A DNA stretch of 64,000 nucleotides from NCBI GenBank assembly GCA_019056785.1, contig DXJV01000019.1, positions 1 to 64,000 on the forward strand. The letters are read 5' to 3'. Made by a program: the position numbers and the translations under genes. This DNA is from Candidatus Heimdallarchaeota archaeon. GTDB taxonomy: Archaea > Asgardarchaeota > Heimdallarchaeia > JABLTI01. Of this stretch, positions 30,141 through 40,283 are shown piece after piece. Every line of letters begins with the position of its first letter. Position 1 is the stretch's first letter. The notes beneath the pieces are model-generated. The model was given only the letters and a program-made list of their open reading frames with translations. It had not been told where the DNA came from and ran no database searches.

Positions 30141-30998
30141 ATGATGAGGTTAGCGATTACTATGTCACAAAATATTGATAAAGTAAAAGTGCAGATTCCC
30201 GGAACGATGTATTATTTGCAATTAACTGCTGATAGAGGGCGATGGCTTTTAGCGTTATTACTTCGAAATGATATCGAAAATGAGGTCATTGTCCCCGTTT
30301 TTTCGAAAAATGGTATTTTGAAAGTTGCCACAGAACTGTTAAATAACACCAGAATACAATTGGATAAATATCCACTAATGAATGTCTGTGACCAACTATT
30401 CAACGAAGCTGAAAGAAGCTTGCCGGTTTCGCAAGCACCACCTATTGAGGAAGTCACCAGTACAGAATTAGAGGATATCAAACAAAAATTGGATCTACTC
30501 GAAACAACAGTCAACAATATAAATGAGGAATTAAAAGAAAGCATTACAAATATCGTCGAACGGCTAGACGCATTGGAAAATGAACGTGTGGCAAGATTAG
30601 AAGCCGAAATTTCAAGCACCAAAGAAAAAGGACAGGAAGAGATCATCTCTAATCTAGCCTCAAGAGTGGATAAAATCGAAGAATCATTTATACAAACAAA
30701 AGGCGATGAACGTGTACCATCTATTTTAACAGCAATTGAAGCCCTCGAGAGTAAAATTACTCAATTAGAAGGAAAAACCATTGCTTCCGGCGAGAGTGGT
30801 GACGTGGCCGGGAACACCTTGAACGACCTACAAGACGAACTTGGAAAAATAAACGAAACGATAAACTCAATTCTGCAGAGATTGGCAAAATTAGAGGGGG
30901 GGGCCACAGCAAAAAGCACCTCATCCCCCATTGTTGAAGGGGGCGATAGTTTAGTTCCCCCCACCACTGAAGATACTGAACGACCATCCGAGGGATAA
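30141..30998 (+). CDS. Hypothetical protein: globular N-terminus plus repetitive coiled coil
   Basis: Repeated RLxxLE-type heptads (RLDALE, RVARLE, RVDKIE, RLAKLE). Confidence 0.7.
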   Translation: MMRLAITMSQNIDKVKVQIPGTMYYLQLTADRGRWLLALLLRNDIENEVIVPVFSKNGILKVATELLNNTRIQLDKYPLMNVCDQLFNEAERSLPVSQAPPIEEVTSTELEDIKQKLDLLETTVNNINEELKESITNIVERLDALENERVARLEAEISSTKEKGQEEIISNLASRVDKIEESFIQTKGDERVPSILTAIEALESKITQLEGKTIASGESGDVAGNTLNDLQDELGKINETINSILQRLAKLEGGATAKSTSSPIVEGGDSLVPPTTEDTERPSEG

Positions 30999-31060
30999 TA
31001 ATCCCCCCTCTCTTTTTTCTCTTTTCAAACTTTTTTTCAAATCTTGGACTTTTTTACGAA

Positions 31061-31969
31061 TTAATTGCCGATTAGAGGGCCGACAAGATCCCCGAGAAAA
31101 GCTTCTAACGTAAAAGCAACAAGACTAATAAACATGGTATATAAAATAATCGTTTTAATTTTACGCACTGTGGGGATTCTTTGATCACTTAAGACCCAAA
31201 CGATACTAATTGTTGCGAGAATTACAGGAACAGAAATGCTTCCAAGATAGACAACGCTGGCATTGGCGAGCAGAATTGGGATGGTCAAACACGAAGCGAT
31301 AGCAATGAAATAAAGAATAGATGCAATGATTGCTGTAAGTTTGTCGCCAAAAGCAGTAGCAATCGTAGTTACGCCATTCTCCCGGTCGCCTTCAATATCA
31401 ATTATGCCTTTCATCACTTCGCGACCGAAATTTAACATAAAGGCTGCGAGAGCCATGGCTTCTGGCAGGGGGTTTATAGAGAAGTCAAAGACAAGGTCGC
31501 CATAAAGAAACCCCATCCAAACGCCAACAGAGACAGCTAAATTACCCAAGACTGAATATTTTTTCATGTACGGGGTGTAGGTGGTAAGCATCACGGTACA
31601 AATTATGGCTGTAACAATTGAGACGCCAAATTGATTTTTGAAGACAAGCCACTCATAAACATCGATGCTTATACCTGCGAGATTACCAATGACAATTAAT
31701 ACAATACCAAAAATCATTGCTTGTTTCGGGGTGATTTGTCCTGAAGGAATAGGGCGGGAGGGGTCGTTTATCCGGTCGATGTCGACATCAAAAAAATCAT
31801 TCAGGACCATTGCAGCTGCACTTAAGGCCCAACCACCAATTGCAATGAGAATTAAGGATGGCCAATGTTTAAAAGTATTAATTCCCTGGTCAACCATAAT
31901 TCCTACAATTGCGCACATTGTTATTAAAAAGCAATTGAAGGGGCGCATAATGCGGATCCAAGGATTCAT
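31061..31969 (-). CDS. Digeranylgeranylglyceryl phosphate synthase (UbiA family)
   Basis: RIMRPFN, NDFFDVDIDRINDPSRPIPSG, REVMKGIIDIEGD; multiple TMs. Confidence 0.88.
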   Translation of the reverse strand: MNPWIRIMRPFNCFLITMCAIVGIMVDQGINTFKHWPSLILIAIGGWALSAAAMVLNDFFDVDIDRINDPSRPIPSGQITPKQAMIFGIVLIVIGNLAGISIDVYEWLVFKNQFGVSIVTAIICTVMLTTYTPYMKKYSVLGNLAVSVGVWMGFLYGDLVFDFSINPLPEAMALAAFMLNFGREVMKGIIDIEGDRENGVTTIATAFGDKLTAIIASILYFIAIASCLTIPILLANASVVYLGSISVPVILATISIVWVLSDQRIPTVRKIKTIILYTMFISLVAFTLEAFLGDLVGPLIGN

Positions 31970-32048
31970 TCAATTTACACTTCCGCAGTTGCAAGAACAC
32001 TAAAAAAGAAAAATGTTTCGACTACTAAATGAATAGAAGCATTCGAGG

Positions 32049-33659
32049 CTATTTTTCTTTCCCTTCGTAGAAGACCAATTCAATAAATTTATTGGTTTGA
32101 AGATTAAGAATGGGAACACGACCAGGCGTGGGATGGATGTTCTTTGAAAGCATGAAGTCTGTTTGGGATTGAAAAGTACCAGAATTGATGCATTCAACAC
32201 CACGGTATTTTGTATGAGAATTAATATGGATGTGACCAGTATGATAGACATCAGGAACCGTTTCAATAACCAATTCATCTTTTAGGCTCGGAACAATGCT
32301 GGTTCGTCGTCCAAAAGTAGGGGCAAGATGCCGGAACCTGAGCGTGTAAATCATGGGGCCATTTGGTTCATTTATACTAAGCCCCGGTGTCATGGCGGCA
32401 ACATCTTCAAACGAATTGCCATGAAAAAGGAGAAAAATCTTCCCATGAAGCTCCACCGTTGAGGGATTTGAAAGCATGGTCACATTTGGCATTGCCCAGA
32501 GATCAGGGGCATAGTCCTTACTGATTGCCGGTTGCGGGAGAGCAAGGCGACAAGCATCATGATTTCCTGACACAATTAGAATGTGTATCCATTTCGGAAC
32601 GCGAGAAAGAAGCTTTGCAGCGTATTTATATTGCTCATAAATATCAGTGATTAATAAGTCATCCTCTTGTTTAGGATAAACACCAATTCCCTCCACCAAA
32701 TCGCCATTAATAATTAAATATTTGACTTGACTAGCAAGCGTTTGTTGATAGGGATCATCTGACCAACCATTAAGAAAATTCAAAAATTCATGGAAAGAAT
32801 CCTCGAGAAATTCTTTGCTCCCAATATGCAAATCACTCGTAAAACAAACGCTTATTGGTTCTTTCGTCTCTTTTTTTGCCGAAATCATTGGGATATCAGG
32901 GAAGATGAAGTCATTTACGAGAAACATATCCTCATAAATTTGTCCGAAAAACCCAACCACTTGATCATTTAAAAGGGTGCTTGCCTTTCCAACTAGCTCC
33001 TCCATTTTTGAGGAAATGGTAAGCGTTAACTGTCCCGTGGGGTCTTCAATATCAATAAGCATCCCCCCATTTTTCAAAGTCCTTTTATCAGTGATTATAC
33101 CAATAACAGCAATTTGCTCACCATTGTCAAGTTTGGCATTTTTTAAATCACGTATTGCCATAGAATGAGAGATATCCCCACGTCGCAATAAAATAGAACG
33201 AAGTTGCCTGTACCTACTAAGAAAATATTTCTTGAAGTCACTAACAGTTCCTTTAATTGTCGTTTTCCCTGTGGACTCGTGAATGATATTTATTTTTTCA
33301 GGGACTTTTTTGCCGAGAGGTTTGAAGTTGGAAGGAGGGGTTTCTTCCTTTATACGTGCTTTGGCTTTTTCTACAGGCGATTCTTGAGTTGAGATTTTTT
33401 CCACAATCTTCCCGGGAAGAGACGACGGAGGAGCAACTTCCGAGTTGGGGAGTGTTCCTTCTGCAAGGTTGTTTTCAAAGGAACTTAGGACTTCTTGGAG
33501 CTTTTCAACAGTAATAACTATTTCATCTTTTAACAAATCAGCGAGCTGATCAATATTAATAACCTCAAAATCCACATCTTCCAAAAACTCATGTGCTTCA
33601 GGTGTGATTAGGCAATTTCGATCGAGCAATTCTTGAACAATATTTCGTTTTTCTGCCAT
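32049..33659 (-). CDS. polB: DNA polymerase D small (3'-5' exonuclease) subunit DP1
   Basis: OB fold (IEDPTG); SDLHIGS, GDLVEGIGVYP, GNHDA, FHG, RHLAPT, HTGHIH, NSGTFQ. Confidence 0.96.
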   Translation of the reverse strand: MAEKRNIVQELLDRNCLITPEAHEFLEDVDFEVINIDQLADLLKDEIVITVEKLQEVLSSFENNLAEGTLPNSEVAPPSSLPGKIVEKISTQESPVEKAKARIKEETPPSNFKPLGKKVPEKINIIHESTGKTTIKGTVSDFKKYFLSRYRQLRSILLRRGDISHSMAIRDLKNAKLDNGEQIAVIGIITDKRTLKNGGMLIDIEDPTGQLTLTISSKMEELVGKASTLLNDQVVGFFGQIYEDMFLVNDFIFPDIPMISAKKETKEPISVCFTSDLHIGSKEFLEDSFHEFLNFLNGWSDDPYQQTLASQVKYLIINGDLVEGIGVYPKQEDDLLITDIYEQYKYAAKLLSRVPKWIHILIVSGNHDACRLALPQPAISKDYAPDLWAMPNVTMLSNPSTVELHGKIFLLFHGNSFEDVAAMTPGLSINEPNGPMIYTLRFRHLAPTFGRRTSIVPSLKDELVIETVPDVYHTGHIHINSHTKYRGVECINSGTFQSQTDFMLSKNIHPTPGRVPILNLQTNKFIELVFYEGKEK

Positions 33660-33751
33660 TTTCTCACACTTCAAAACTCAAGAAGGTAAATAAGAGTTTT
33701 AGTATTACCAGCTAATATATTCACAAATGTTTGTACCAGCCATGTAACTTT

Positions 33752-34168
33752 TCAAAGATCTAATGTGAATTCTACGAAGTTTTCACCAACTTTTATAAAT
33801 GAATATGTCATCGCTTTTACTTCTGTTTTTTGGGGGTGGGAGGAAGGATCGAATTCCTCACCATATGCTCTTGCAAAAAGTAAATATTTGCCATCAGCTT
33901 GTTTTTGCAGCTCCAATATTTCCACTCGATGCGCAATAAAATATTCAGTATCAAATAGAAAGATGAACTGATCAATCCAATCGTAGAGCAATGCTTCCAA
34001 GTTCTCAGAAGTGACAGTAATTTCTTTGGTGATCTTTTCATGAATAACAGCAGGATCAGTAAGTACAGTAAAATAGCCCATTGCTGCTTGCTCAAAGGCT
34101 TCTTTGAGATCCTTTCCGGTTGCACGAATAATAACATCGGCAGTATGGTCTAAAAATTCAAAGCTCAC
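33752..34168 (-). CDS. Archease (RtcB cofactor)
   Basis: FEFLDHTADV, EVKAMTY, C-terminal FTLDL. Confidence 0.95.
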   Translation of the reverse strand: MSFEFLDHTADVIIRATGKDLKEAFEQAAMGYFTVLTDPAVIHEKITKEITVTSENLEALLYDWIDQFIFLFDTEYFIAHRVEILELQKQADGKYLLFARAYGEEFDPSSHPQKTEVKAMTYSFIKVGENFVEFTLDL

Positions 34169-34290
34169 AGAACTGGTCCTCTTTTACATGTTTATTATTG
34201 ATTATTATTGTAGTATTGTCTTTAATAAAAAAAAGCTTTCTAAGCCTTGGAAATGATGTATAGGTGCTCTAAAGGCACATAAAAAAAAGG

Positions 34291-34379
34291 TGGTGCCGAG
34301 AGCGAGATTCGAACTCGCGCTCCCTTTCGAGAACTGGTTTTCAAGACCAGCGCCGTAGTCCAGGCTTGGCTATCTCGGC
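34291..34379 (-). tRNA. tRNA-Ser(UGA), CCA encoded, long variable arm
   Basis: GCCGAGA/TCTCGGC acceptor; CTGGT-CTTGAAA-ACCAG anticodon arm; GTTCGAATC T-loop. Confidence 0.95.
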
Positions 34380-34470
34380 GAGAAATTGCATTTGATTTGT
34401 GAAATGTTCTTTTTATAAGATTTATCATTAAATAGTTTTATTCTTTTTAGAGCGCAAGGAGGTTTTCTTT

Positions 34471-36510
34471 TCACCTAAATTCAAATTTCCCTTCTAATGG
34501 GAGAACTCTCGAGGAAGGACCGACAAATATTGTGAAGCTACCGGGTTCTGTTCGCCATGTGAAGTTTTCAGCATCAAAAAATTCGAGGTCTGAACTGCCG
34601 AGAGTCATATTAACAGTAGCTGTTTCGTATGGATTCAAAAAGACTTTTTTGAAACCTCGAAGTTCCTTAACAGGGCGATCTATTGAAGCCTCATCATCTT
34701 TAACATACAGTTGAACTATTTCAGCGCCTGCTACTGGGCTATCATTTGTCACCTCAACTACGACGTCTAATTCTTGACTTCCGGCAATTTCGGAAGAGCT
34801 TAAAAGCAAATCTTTGTAAGAAAACTTTGAATAACTCAAGCCAAAACCAAAGGGAAATAATGGGGCGATACTCTTTTTATCAAAATGTCTGTAACCCACA
34901 TAAATCCCTTCTTCATAAAAGACCGAATCACTTCCAGGATAACTTCGGGGGGAGGTATGTGCGGGGGAGTCTTCAAGCCTTTTTGGGAAAGTGATTGGTA
35001 ATTTTCCAGAAGGATTTACTACACCAAAAAGGACATTGGCAATTGCATTACCACCCATCATTCCCGGGTGCCAAGCTTCAAGAACAGCGGGAACTTTTTC
35101 AAGCCAGGGCTCCATTGTTATTGGACTGCCGTTGATCAAAACGACAACTGTTTGGGGGTTTTGTTCTACAACCTCGAGTATCAAATCATTTTGTTGTTTT
35201 GGTAAACTTAAACCGGGCCGGTCAAAATTCTCACAATCACCACCCTTAGCATGTGATATTCCTACAAAAACAAGACAACAATCCGCTTCAGCAGGTTTTT
35301 TAACAATCTTCACATGTTCTTTCACTTTATTAATTATTCCTTTTTTTGGTGATATTTCAAAGGGGGGAACAACAGCTGCACTCCCACCATAAAGAAATTT
35401 ACCCATTTTCTTAGAGGAAAAAGGACCAAATATTCCCACGCTCTTAATGTGATTAATGTTTAGAGGAAGAAAATTACCCTCATTTTTCAAAAGGACCATA
35501 CCTTCTTCGGCAACATGCTGGGCAAGCTCTTGATGAACTGGAGAATTTACTTTAACACGAAAACTTTTTCTTGGTTTTTCATCAAATAATCCAACACGGA
35601 AAAGCACCCGTAAAAATCTTCTTACTACTGCATCTAACTCCTCACGGGAGAATAACCCTTCTTTGAAGGCCTTCTTCAGCCGCTTGAGAGTATAGACAAT
35701 AGCTTTTGGCATCTCGAGTGAAAGCCCCGCCTGGATTGCTTGCTCGGGGCGCTTAAGGAACTTTGTTGCATACCAATCAGATACTACAAACCCTTTAAAT
35801 CCCCATAAATTAAAAAGGGTCTCCTGTAAAAGCTCTTTATTTTCACAAGCATATATCCCATTTACTTTATTATAACTACCCATCACCACCAGTGGGTCAG
35901 CCTCGCGAACAACATCACGGAAAGCTCGGAGGTAAATCTCGTGCAAAGTTCGAACATCGACTTGTACATTTACAGTGAAACGATTTGTCTCTTGATTGTT
36001 TGCAATGAAATGCTTAATAGTTGCACCTACACCTCGACTTTGTACCCCTTTTACATATGCCACCGCAAATTCTTTAGTTAGGAAAGGGTCCTCACTGAAA
36101 TATTCGAAGGTGCGTCCATTGAGGGGGGTTCTGTCGATATTCATCCCTGGTGCAAGTAATAGCTGTTTCCCAATTGCCTTCGCTTCTTCTGCAATTGCTG
36201 CACCCACATTTGAAGCCAAATGAGGATTCCAGGAAGCACTCAGACATTTACTACAAGGGAATTTCGTCATGAGCCGAAAACTAGAATGAAAACTTATACC
36301 ATGAGGCCCATCACTCATATTAAGTGAAGGAATTTTTAAACGATAAATGGAGGAAGACTTCCACCACGAGAAAACCCGCCCTGATAGAAGCTTAAATTTC
36401 TCCTTAAGAGTTAGACGCATTAAAAGTAAATCAATTCGTTGTTCTATTGGCAAGGAGCTATCATAATAAGGATATTTTTTTAAAAAACGGTTTCTTTGTT
36501 TCAATTGCAA
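34471..36510 (-). CDS. GH3 beta-glucosidase (with C-terminal Fn3-like domain), no signal peptide seen
   Basis: SDGPHG, GRTFEYFSEDP, KHFIANNQE, VVSDW nucleophile, NPSGKLPITFP, YEEGIYVGYR, FPFGFGLSY. Confidence 0.95.
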   Translation of the reverse strand: MQLKQRNRFLKKYPYYDSSLPIEQRIDLLLMRLTLKEKFKLLSGRVFSWWKSSSIYRLKIPSLNMSDGPHGISFHSSFRLMTKFPCSKCLSASWNPHLASNVGAAIAEEAKAIGKQLLLAPGMNIDRTPLNGRTFEYFSEDPFLTKEFAVAYVKGVQSRGVGATIKHFIANNQETNRFTVNVQVDVRTLHEIYLRAFRDVVREADPLVVMGSYNKVNGIYACENKELLQETLFNLWGFKGFVVSDWYATKFLKRPEQAIQAGLSLEMPKAIVYTLKRLKKAFKEGLFSREELDAVVRRFLRVLFRVGLFDEKPRKSFRVKVNSPVHQELAQHVAEEGMVLLKNEGNFLPLNINHIKSVGIFGPFSSKKMGKFLYGGSAAVVPPFEISPKKGIINKVKEHVKIVKKPAEADCCLVFVGISHAKGGDCENFDRPGLSLPKQQNDLILEVVEQNPQTVVVLINGSPITMEPWLEKVPAVLEAWHPGMMGGNAIANVLFGVVNPSGKLPITFPKRLEDSPAHTSPRSYPGSDSVFYEEGIYVGYRHFDKKSIAPLFPFGFGLSYSKFSYKDLLLSSSEIAGSQELDVVVEVTNDSPVAGAEIVQLYVKDDEASIDRPVKELRGFKKVFLNPYETATVNMTLGSSDLEFFDAENFTWRTEPGSFTIFVGPSSRVLPLEGKFEFR

Positions 36511-36616
36511 GTTACTCCAAAGCAGTAATATTCAGTTAATTTTAGAGAAAAAAGTTATAAAATTCTTCTTATTCCATTCCTATACTCAAGTACAGAGTAA
36601 TTTGTTGGTGAAATGA

Positions 36617-37471
36617 TTGAAAACAATTAAAATTAATGGATTATCTATCGGCGAAACCGATCCTGTCAGACTTATGGGTGTTATTAACCTAAGCCCAGAA
36701 TCATTTTACGAGGGGTCAATAAAAACTGGTCCGGGGACAATTCTTCAGACAGCTCTTCGACAAGTAAAAGAAGGTGCAGACATTTTAGACCTTGGGGCAA
36801 AAAGCACTGCACCCTATCTCGAGACAGAAATATCGACAGAAGAAGAAACGAAACGAGCATTAAAAGGATTAAAAATTATTCGAAAAGAGATTGATAAACC
36901 CATCTCAATTGATACAACACGAGCGAAAGTAGCAAAAGCAGCTTTAGAGAATGGTGCAGATATACTCAATGATGTCACAGGGTTTCACACTGATCCTGAT
37001 ATGGCTCCACTTGCTGCAGAGTTTGATGTACCCGTTATTTTAGGAGCTACAAAGATTAATCGTTTTACAGGATCACCAACAGAAAGAATCATCAAAGCAC
37101 TCGAACAGTCATTAAAAATAGCTAAAGAAGCCGGTGTTAAAGAAGAACGGATCATTGTTGACCCGGATATTGGTTTTCATAGAATCAAAGATTATAAGTG
37201 GTATAAAATCGACGCACACATTTTAACGCATTTACAAGCAATCAATAAAGCATTTGAACAACCTATATGTATTGGCCTCTCCAGAAAATCCTTTATCGGA
37301 AAATTTCTCAATCTCAAAGAGCCAGAGGAACGACTTTATGGCTCGCTTGGAGCAACAAGCCTTGCAGTCATTAATGGTGCAAAGATCATCCGCACACATG
37401 ATGTAAGAGAAACATGGGAAGCAATTCGTGTGGTTGAAAAAATCATTGAATACGGATCAGAAGATGAGTAA
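36617..37471 (+). CDS. folP: Dihydropteroate synthase
   Basis: MGVINLSPESF, GADILDLGAKST, ISIDT, ILNDVTG, DPDIGF, GLSRKSFIG, IRTHDV. Confidence 0.9.
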   Translation: MKTIKINGLSIGETDPVRLMGVINLSPESFYEGSIKTGPGTILQTALRQVKEGADILDLGAKSTAPYLETEISTEEETKRALKGLKIIRKEIDKPISIDTTRAKVAKAALENGADILNDVTGFHTDPDMAPLAAEFDVPVILGATKINRFTGSPTERIIKALEQSLKIAKEAGVKEERIIVDPDIGFHRIKDYKWYKIDAHILTHLQAINKAFEQPICIGLSRKSFIGKFLNLKEPEERLYGSLGATSLAVINGAKIIRTHDVRETWEAIRVVEKIIEYGSEDE

Positions 37472-37825
37472 ATGCTTCCTGTCCCATAACCAAAAAGGGG
37501 CGAGCATTCGACAATTCTGACCGTCATCGGGTGTTCTTTTCCAGGGTTGAACACTCAACTACTTTCTTATTGTCTGTTTCTCATGCACCCCCAAACAATC
37601 AAATTCCAAACCCTTGTTGATTGTTCGTTGATACATGAGCTTCATGCTCGCCAATTAATTATTGGGTAATTACTTAAAAAAACGTATATTTAACATCAAA
37701 GAGTTAATTTGCGGCAATATGTGCTAGAAAAGAAGGGTAAAAATTAGCATGAAAATGTTAATCGAAGCATTTATTTTCTCCTAAGAACTACCAAAGGCGT
37801 TATTGATTACTAAAAGGCAGCAAAA

Positions 37826-38161
37826 ATGATTAAAAAAGTGCAAGTAAGCGAAAAGATAGATGCCTTAGAAGGGCGGTCCTGGAACCCAATTGAACTCGCA
37901 AAAACCAATGGGCAAGTAATTCGTCTAGCGTATTTTTTTGGTGACTATCATTGGCACCGGCATCAAGAAGGAGACGAGCTCTTCTATGTCTATCGCGGAA
38001 AAATAACAGTCAAACTACAGAACCAAGAGGATGTTCATTTATCTGCTGGGGAATTAATTGTTATCCCGAAAAATGTGGATCACTGTCCAACGAGTGAGAA
38101 AGGGGCATTTGTTCTTTTGTTCGAACCGCAAGAACTCATCAGTGAAGGAACCAATAAGTAA
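37826..38161 (+). CDS. Cupin domain protein
   Basis: WHRHQEGDELFYV and VIPKNVDHCP cupin motifs. Confidence 0.88.
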   Translation: MIKKVQVSEKIDALEGRSWNPIELAKTNGQVIRLAYFFGDYHWHRHQEGDELFYVYRGKITVKLQNQEDVHLSAGELIVIPKNVDHCPTSEKGAFVLLFEPQELISEGTNK

Positions 38162-38168
38162 GAAGAAG

Positions 38169-38242
38169 AGCCGTTGGCGGGACTTGAACCCGCGACCTAC
38201 TCCTTACCAAGGAGTCGCACTACCAGGCTGTGCTACAACGGC
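38169..38242 (-). tRNA. tRNA-Thr(GGU), CCA not encoded
   Basis: GCCGTTG/CAACGGC acceptor; ACTCC-TTGGTAA-GGAGT anticodon arm; GGTTCAAGTCC; U73. Confidence 0.95.
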
Positions 38243-38366
38243 AATGAAATGTTAATATTAGTCTGAAGAACACTTTAAGTTATTAAAAATCTTACGGAAT
38301 CTCGGTAATAACGAAGAGCTTTTGAAAGAGAAACAATGTATAACAATTAAAGGTTGTTGGAAATAA

Positions 38367-39569
38367 ATGGTTATCCGTTCATTAACCACAGAAGACCTCC
38401 CGGAACTGAAGAAACTACATCATTATTGTTTTTATAACCCTGATCATTGGGGGTGGGATTCCCCCCTTTGGGACATTAATTGGAAGCTCTTGGACTTGAA
38501 CAAATGTTTTGGCTATTTTATTGATAATAAATTAGTAAGTAGTTTAATCATTCATGACTATGAGTTCTACGTCCGTGGCAGCTTGATGAAGATGGGGGGC
38601 GTAGCTGGTGTTGCCACTCAACCTGAATTTCGGCAGAGAGGGTATGTTCGGGAATTAGCTCAAGAAGCGTTAAAGTGTATGCGAGAGCAAAGCATTAGTA
38701 TCTCTGTACTTTACCCATTCAAATTCTCGTTCTACCGCCGGTTGGGATACGAACATTGTGCTGATGTTCCTTCTCTTTGTTCTACGCCAAGGAATATTCG
38801 TTTGCCTGCTAATTTTAAACCGCTCCCCATACAAGAGCTTAATCCAAAGGAAGCATTCGAGGTTGTTCAAAAGGTACGAAGAGAATTCGGGAAGAAATTT
38901 AATATCATCATCTTCTCCTCTGAAGAGGCTTGGCGTTTTCATTACTTACGACCTACCTCACGTGTTTTTGCCATTTATGCTGGGGAAAAGCTGGTGGGCT
39001 ATTTTATCACCGAGCTAAAAAAACTGGCAGAATGGCAGGTTCGTTTGATAGTTAGTGACCAATTGATAGGAACAGAACAAGCACGTCTAACCTTATTTGA
39101 TTATCTTAAAAAACACACGGATCAAATGAAAGATTTTAAGCTTTATCTTTCAGGCGACGAAAAACCTTTGGACTACTTTATTGAACTCTGGGAAGAAGAC
39201 ATTCAATATCAAATTTCTGGTGGACCAATGTTTCGAGTCGTAGATATAAAGGCTGCCCTCCAGCAGTTAAGGTTTCCGCCAGAGCTCACTACCGAATTTA
39301 CACTAAAAGTAACTGACCCACTGGCGCCTTGGAATGAAGAGCCAATAAAACTGCAAATAACAGCTGGCAACTTGGCAATCACTAATGTAAAACCGGAGGA
39401 GGAAGCAGAAGTACAACTGGATATCAAAGCTTTTACTCAGCTTTTTGTGGGATACCGAACTGTTAAAGACTTGCTACGATTACAAAAAATAACCATTAAG
39501 GACGAACTGCGAAAGCCTCTTCTCCAAGCATTTCCCAAACGTCACACCCGATTAAAAACAGATTTTTAA
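38367..39569 (+). CDS. Eis-like GNAT acetyltransferase with C-terminal SCP2-like domain
   Basis: GGVAGVATQPEFRQRG, LYPF..FYRRLGY, MFRVVDIKAAL, DPLAPWN, FTQLFVGY. Confidence 0.9.
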   Translation: MVIRSLTTEDLPELKKLHHYCFYNPDHWGWDSPLWDINWKLLDLNKCFGYFIDNKLVSSLIIHDYEFYVRGSLMKMGGVAGVATQPEFRQRGYVRELAQEALKCMREQSISISVLYPFKFSFYRRLGYEHCADVPSLCSTPRNIRLPANFKPLPIQELNPKEAFEVVQKVRREFGKKFNIIIFSSEEAWRFHYLRPTSRVFAIYAGEKLVGYFITELKKLAEWQVRLIVSDQLIGTEQARLTLFDYLKKHTDQMKDFKLYLSGDEKPLDYFIELWEEDIQYQISGGPMFRVVDIKAALQQLRFPPELTTEFTLKVTDPLAPWNEEPIKLQITAGNLAITNVKPEEEAEVQLDIKAFTQLFVGYRTVKDLLRLQKITIKDELRKPLLQAFPKRHTRLKTDF

Positions 39570-39593
39570 TGAAAGAGCCTACTGAGTGGCCAG

Positions 39594-40175
39594 CTAACGA
39601 CTAATACCAAAATGTGTTCTAGCATAATTGTCCAAGAGAAAATTAATAATATCAATACAACTTAGTGCAAGATAGCTTTGCTTTCCTAAAGAGATCTTTT
39701 CGCCAAATCTTAGAGCAAATTTCTCCTTCTGTTTTGGCAAACCAATATTATCACCAAGAACAAACACAGCTTCCGGACCAAACTCTACTTCCATTATGCT
39801 TTTCCCCTTTTCATGAAGAACAAAAATAGGTATGCTTTCTTGCTGCTTCTCTTTCAATAGCACCTCAAAACTCTTTTTCTCTATGGAAATGCCAAGATAT
39901 TTTTGCCCTTTTAACACCAAATTTAATACGCGAGTCCAAGTCACTTCATCCACCGTTGTACGCTCAAGCTTTCGACCATCAACTTGTAAATGAAGAGGTG
40001 GATTTGGAGGACCCTCTAAAATAGCATGAAAAATAACATCTCTACGATAACCATAGGATTTGAAGAGTGCAGTGAGAATACATTGATAAACCGTATCCAA
40101 TCGACCAGCAGATGAGAGAGTAGAGAAATTACCTGAAGTATGCCCTTTGCGAGAGTAAAGAATGAATTCATACAT
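39594..40175 (-). CDS. trmY: tRNA (pseudouridine54-N1)-methyltransferase (SPOUT)
   Basis: AGRLD, LFKSYGYRRDV, GPP, LHEKG, FVLGDNIG, ISLG. Start ATG 40175 (MYEFILY). Confidence 0.88.
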   Translation of the reverse strand: MYEFILYSRKGHTSGNFSTLSSAGRLDTVYQCILTALFKSYGYRRDVIFHAILEGPPNPPLHLQVDGRKLERTTVDEVTWTRVLNLVLKGQKYLGISIEKKSFEVLLKEKQQESIPIFVLHEKGKSIMEVEFGPEAVFVLGDNIGLPKQKEKFALRFGEKISLGKQSYLALSCIDIINFLLDNYARTHFGISR

Positions 40176-40283
40176 AGGCGGTCTAGCCTTCTTCTCACAT
40201 AAGAATTTTTTCGAGAAAAAAGAATAAACAAGTGTGATGTTTACCATCACACAAGACATATATAATATACAGATTGAGAGGGA

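Noticed and set aside
37505-37530. ATGA...GA hairpin on the minus strand as a SECIS element
   Set aside because: The stem is far too short, and no ORF with a plausible in-frame UGA was found nearby.
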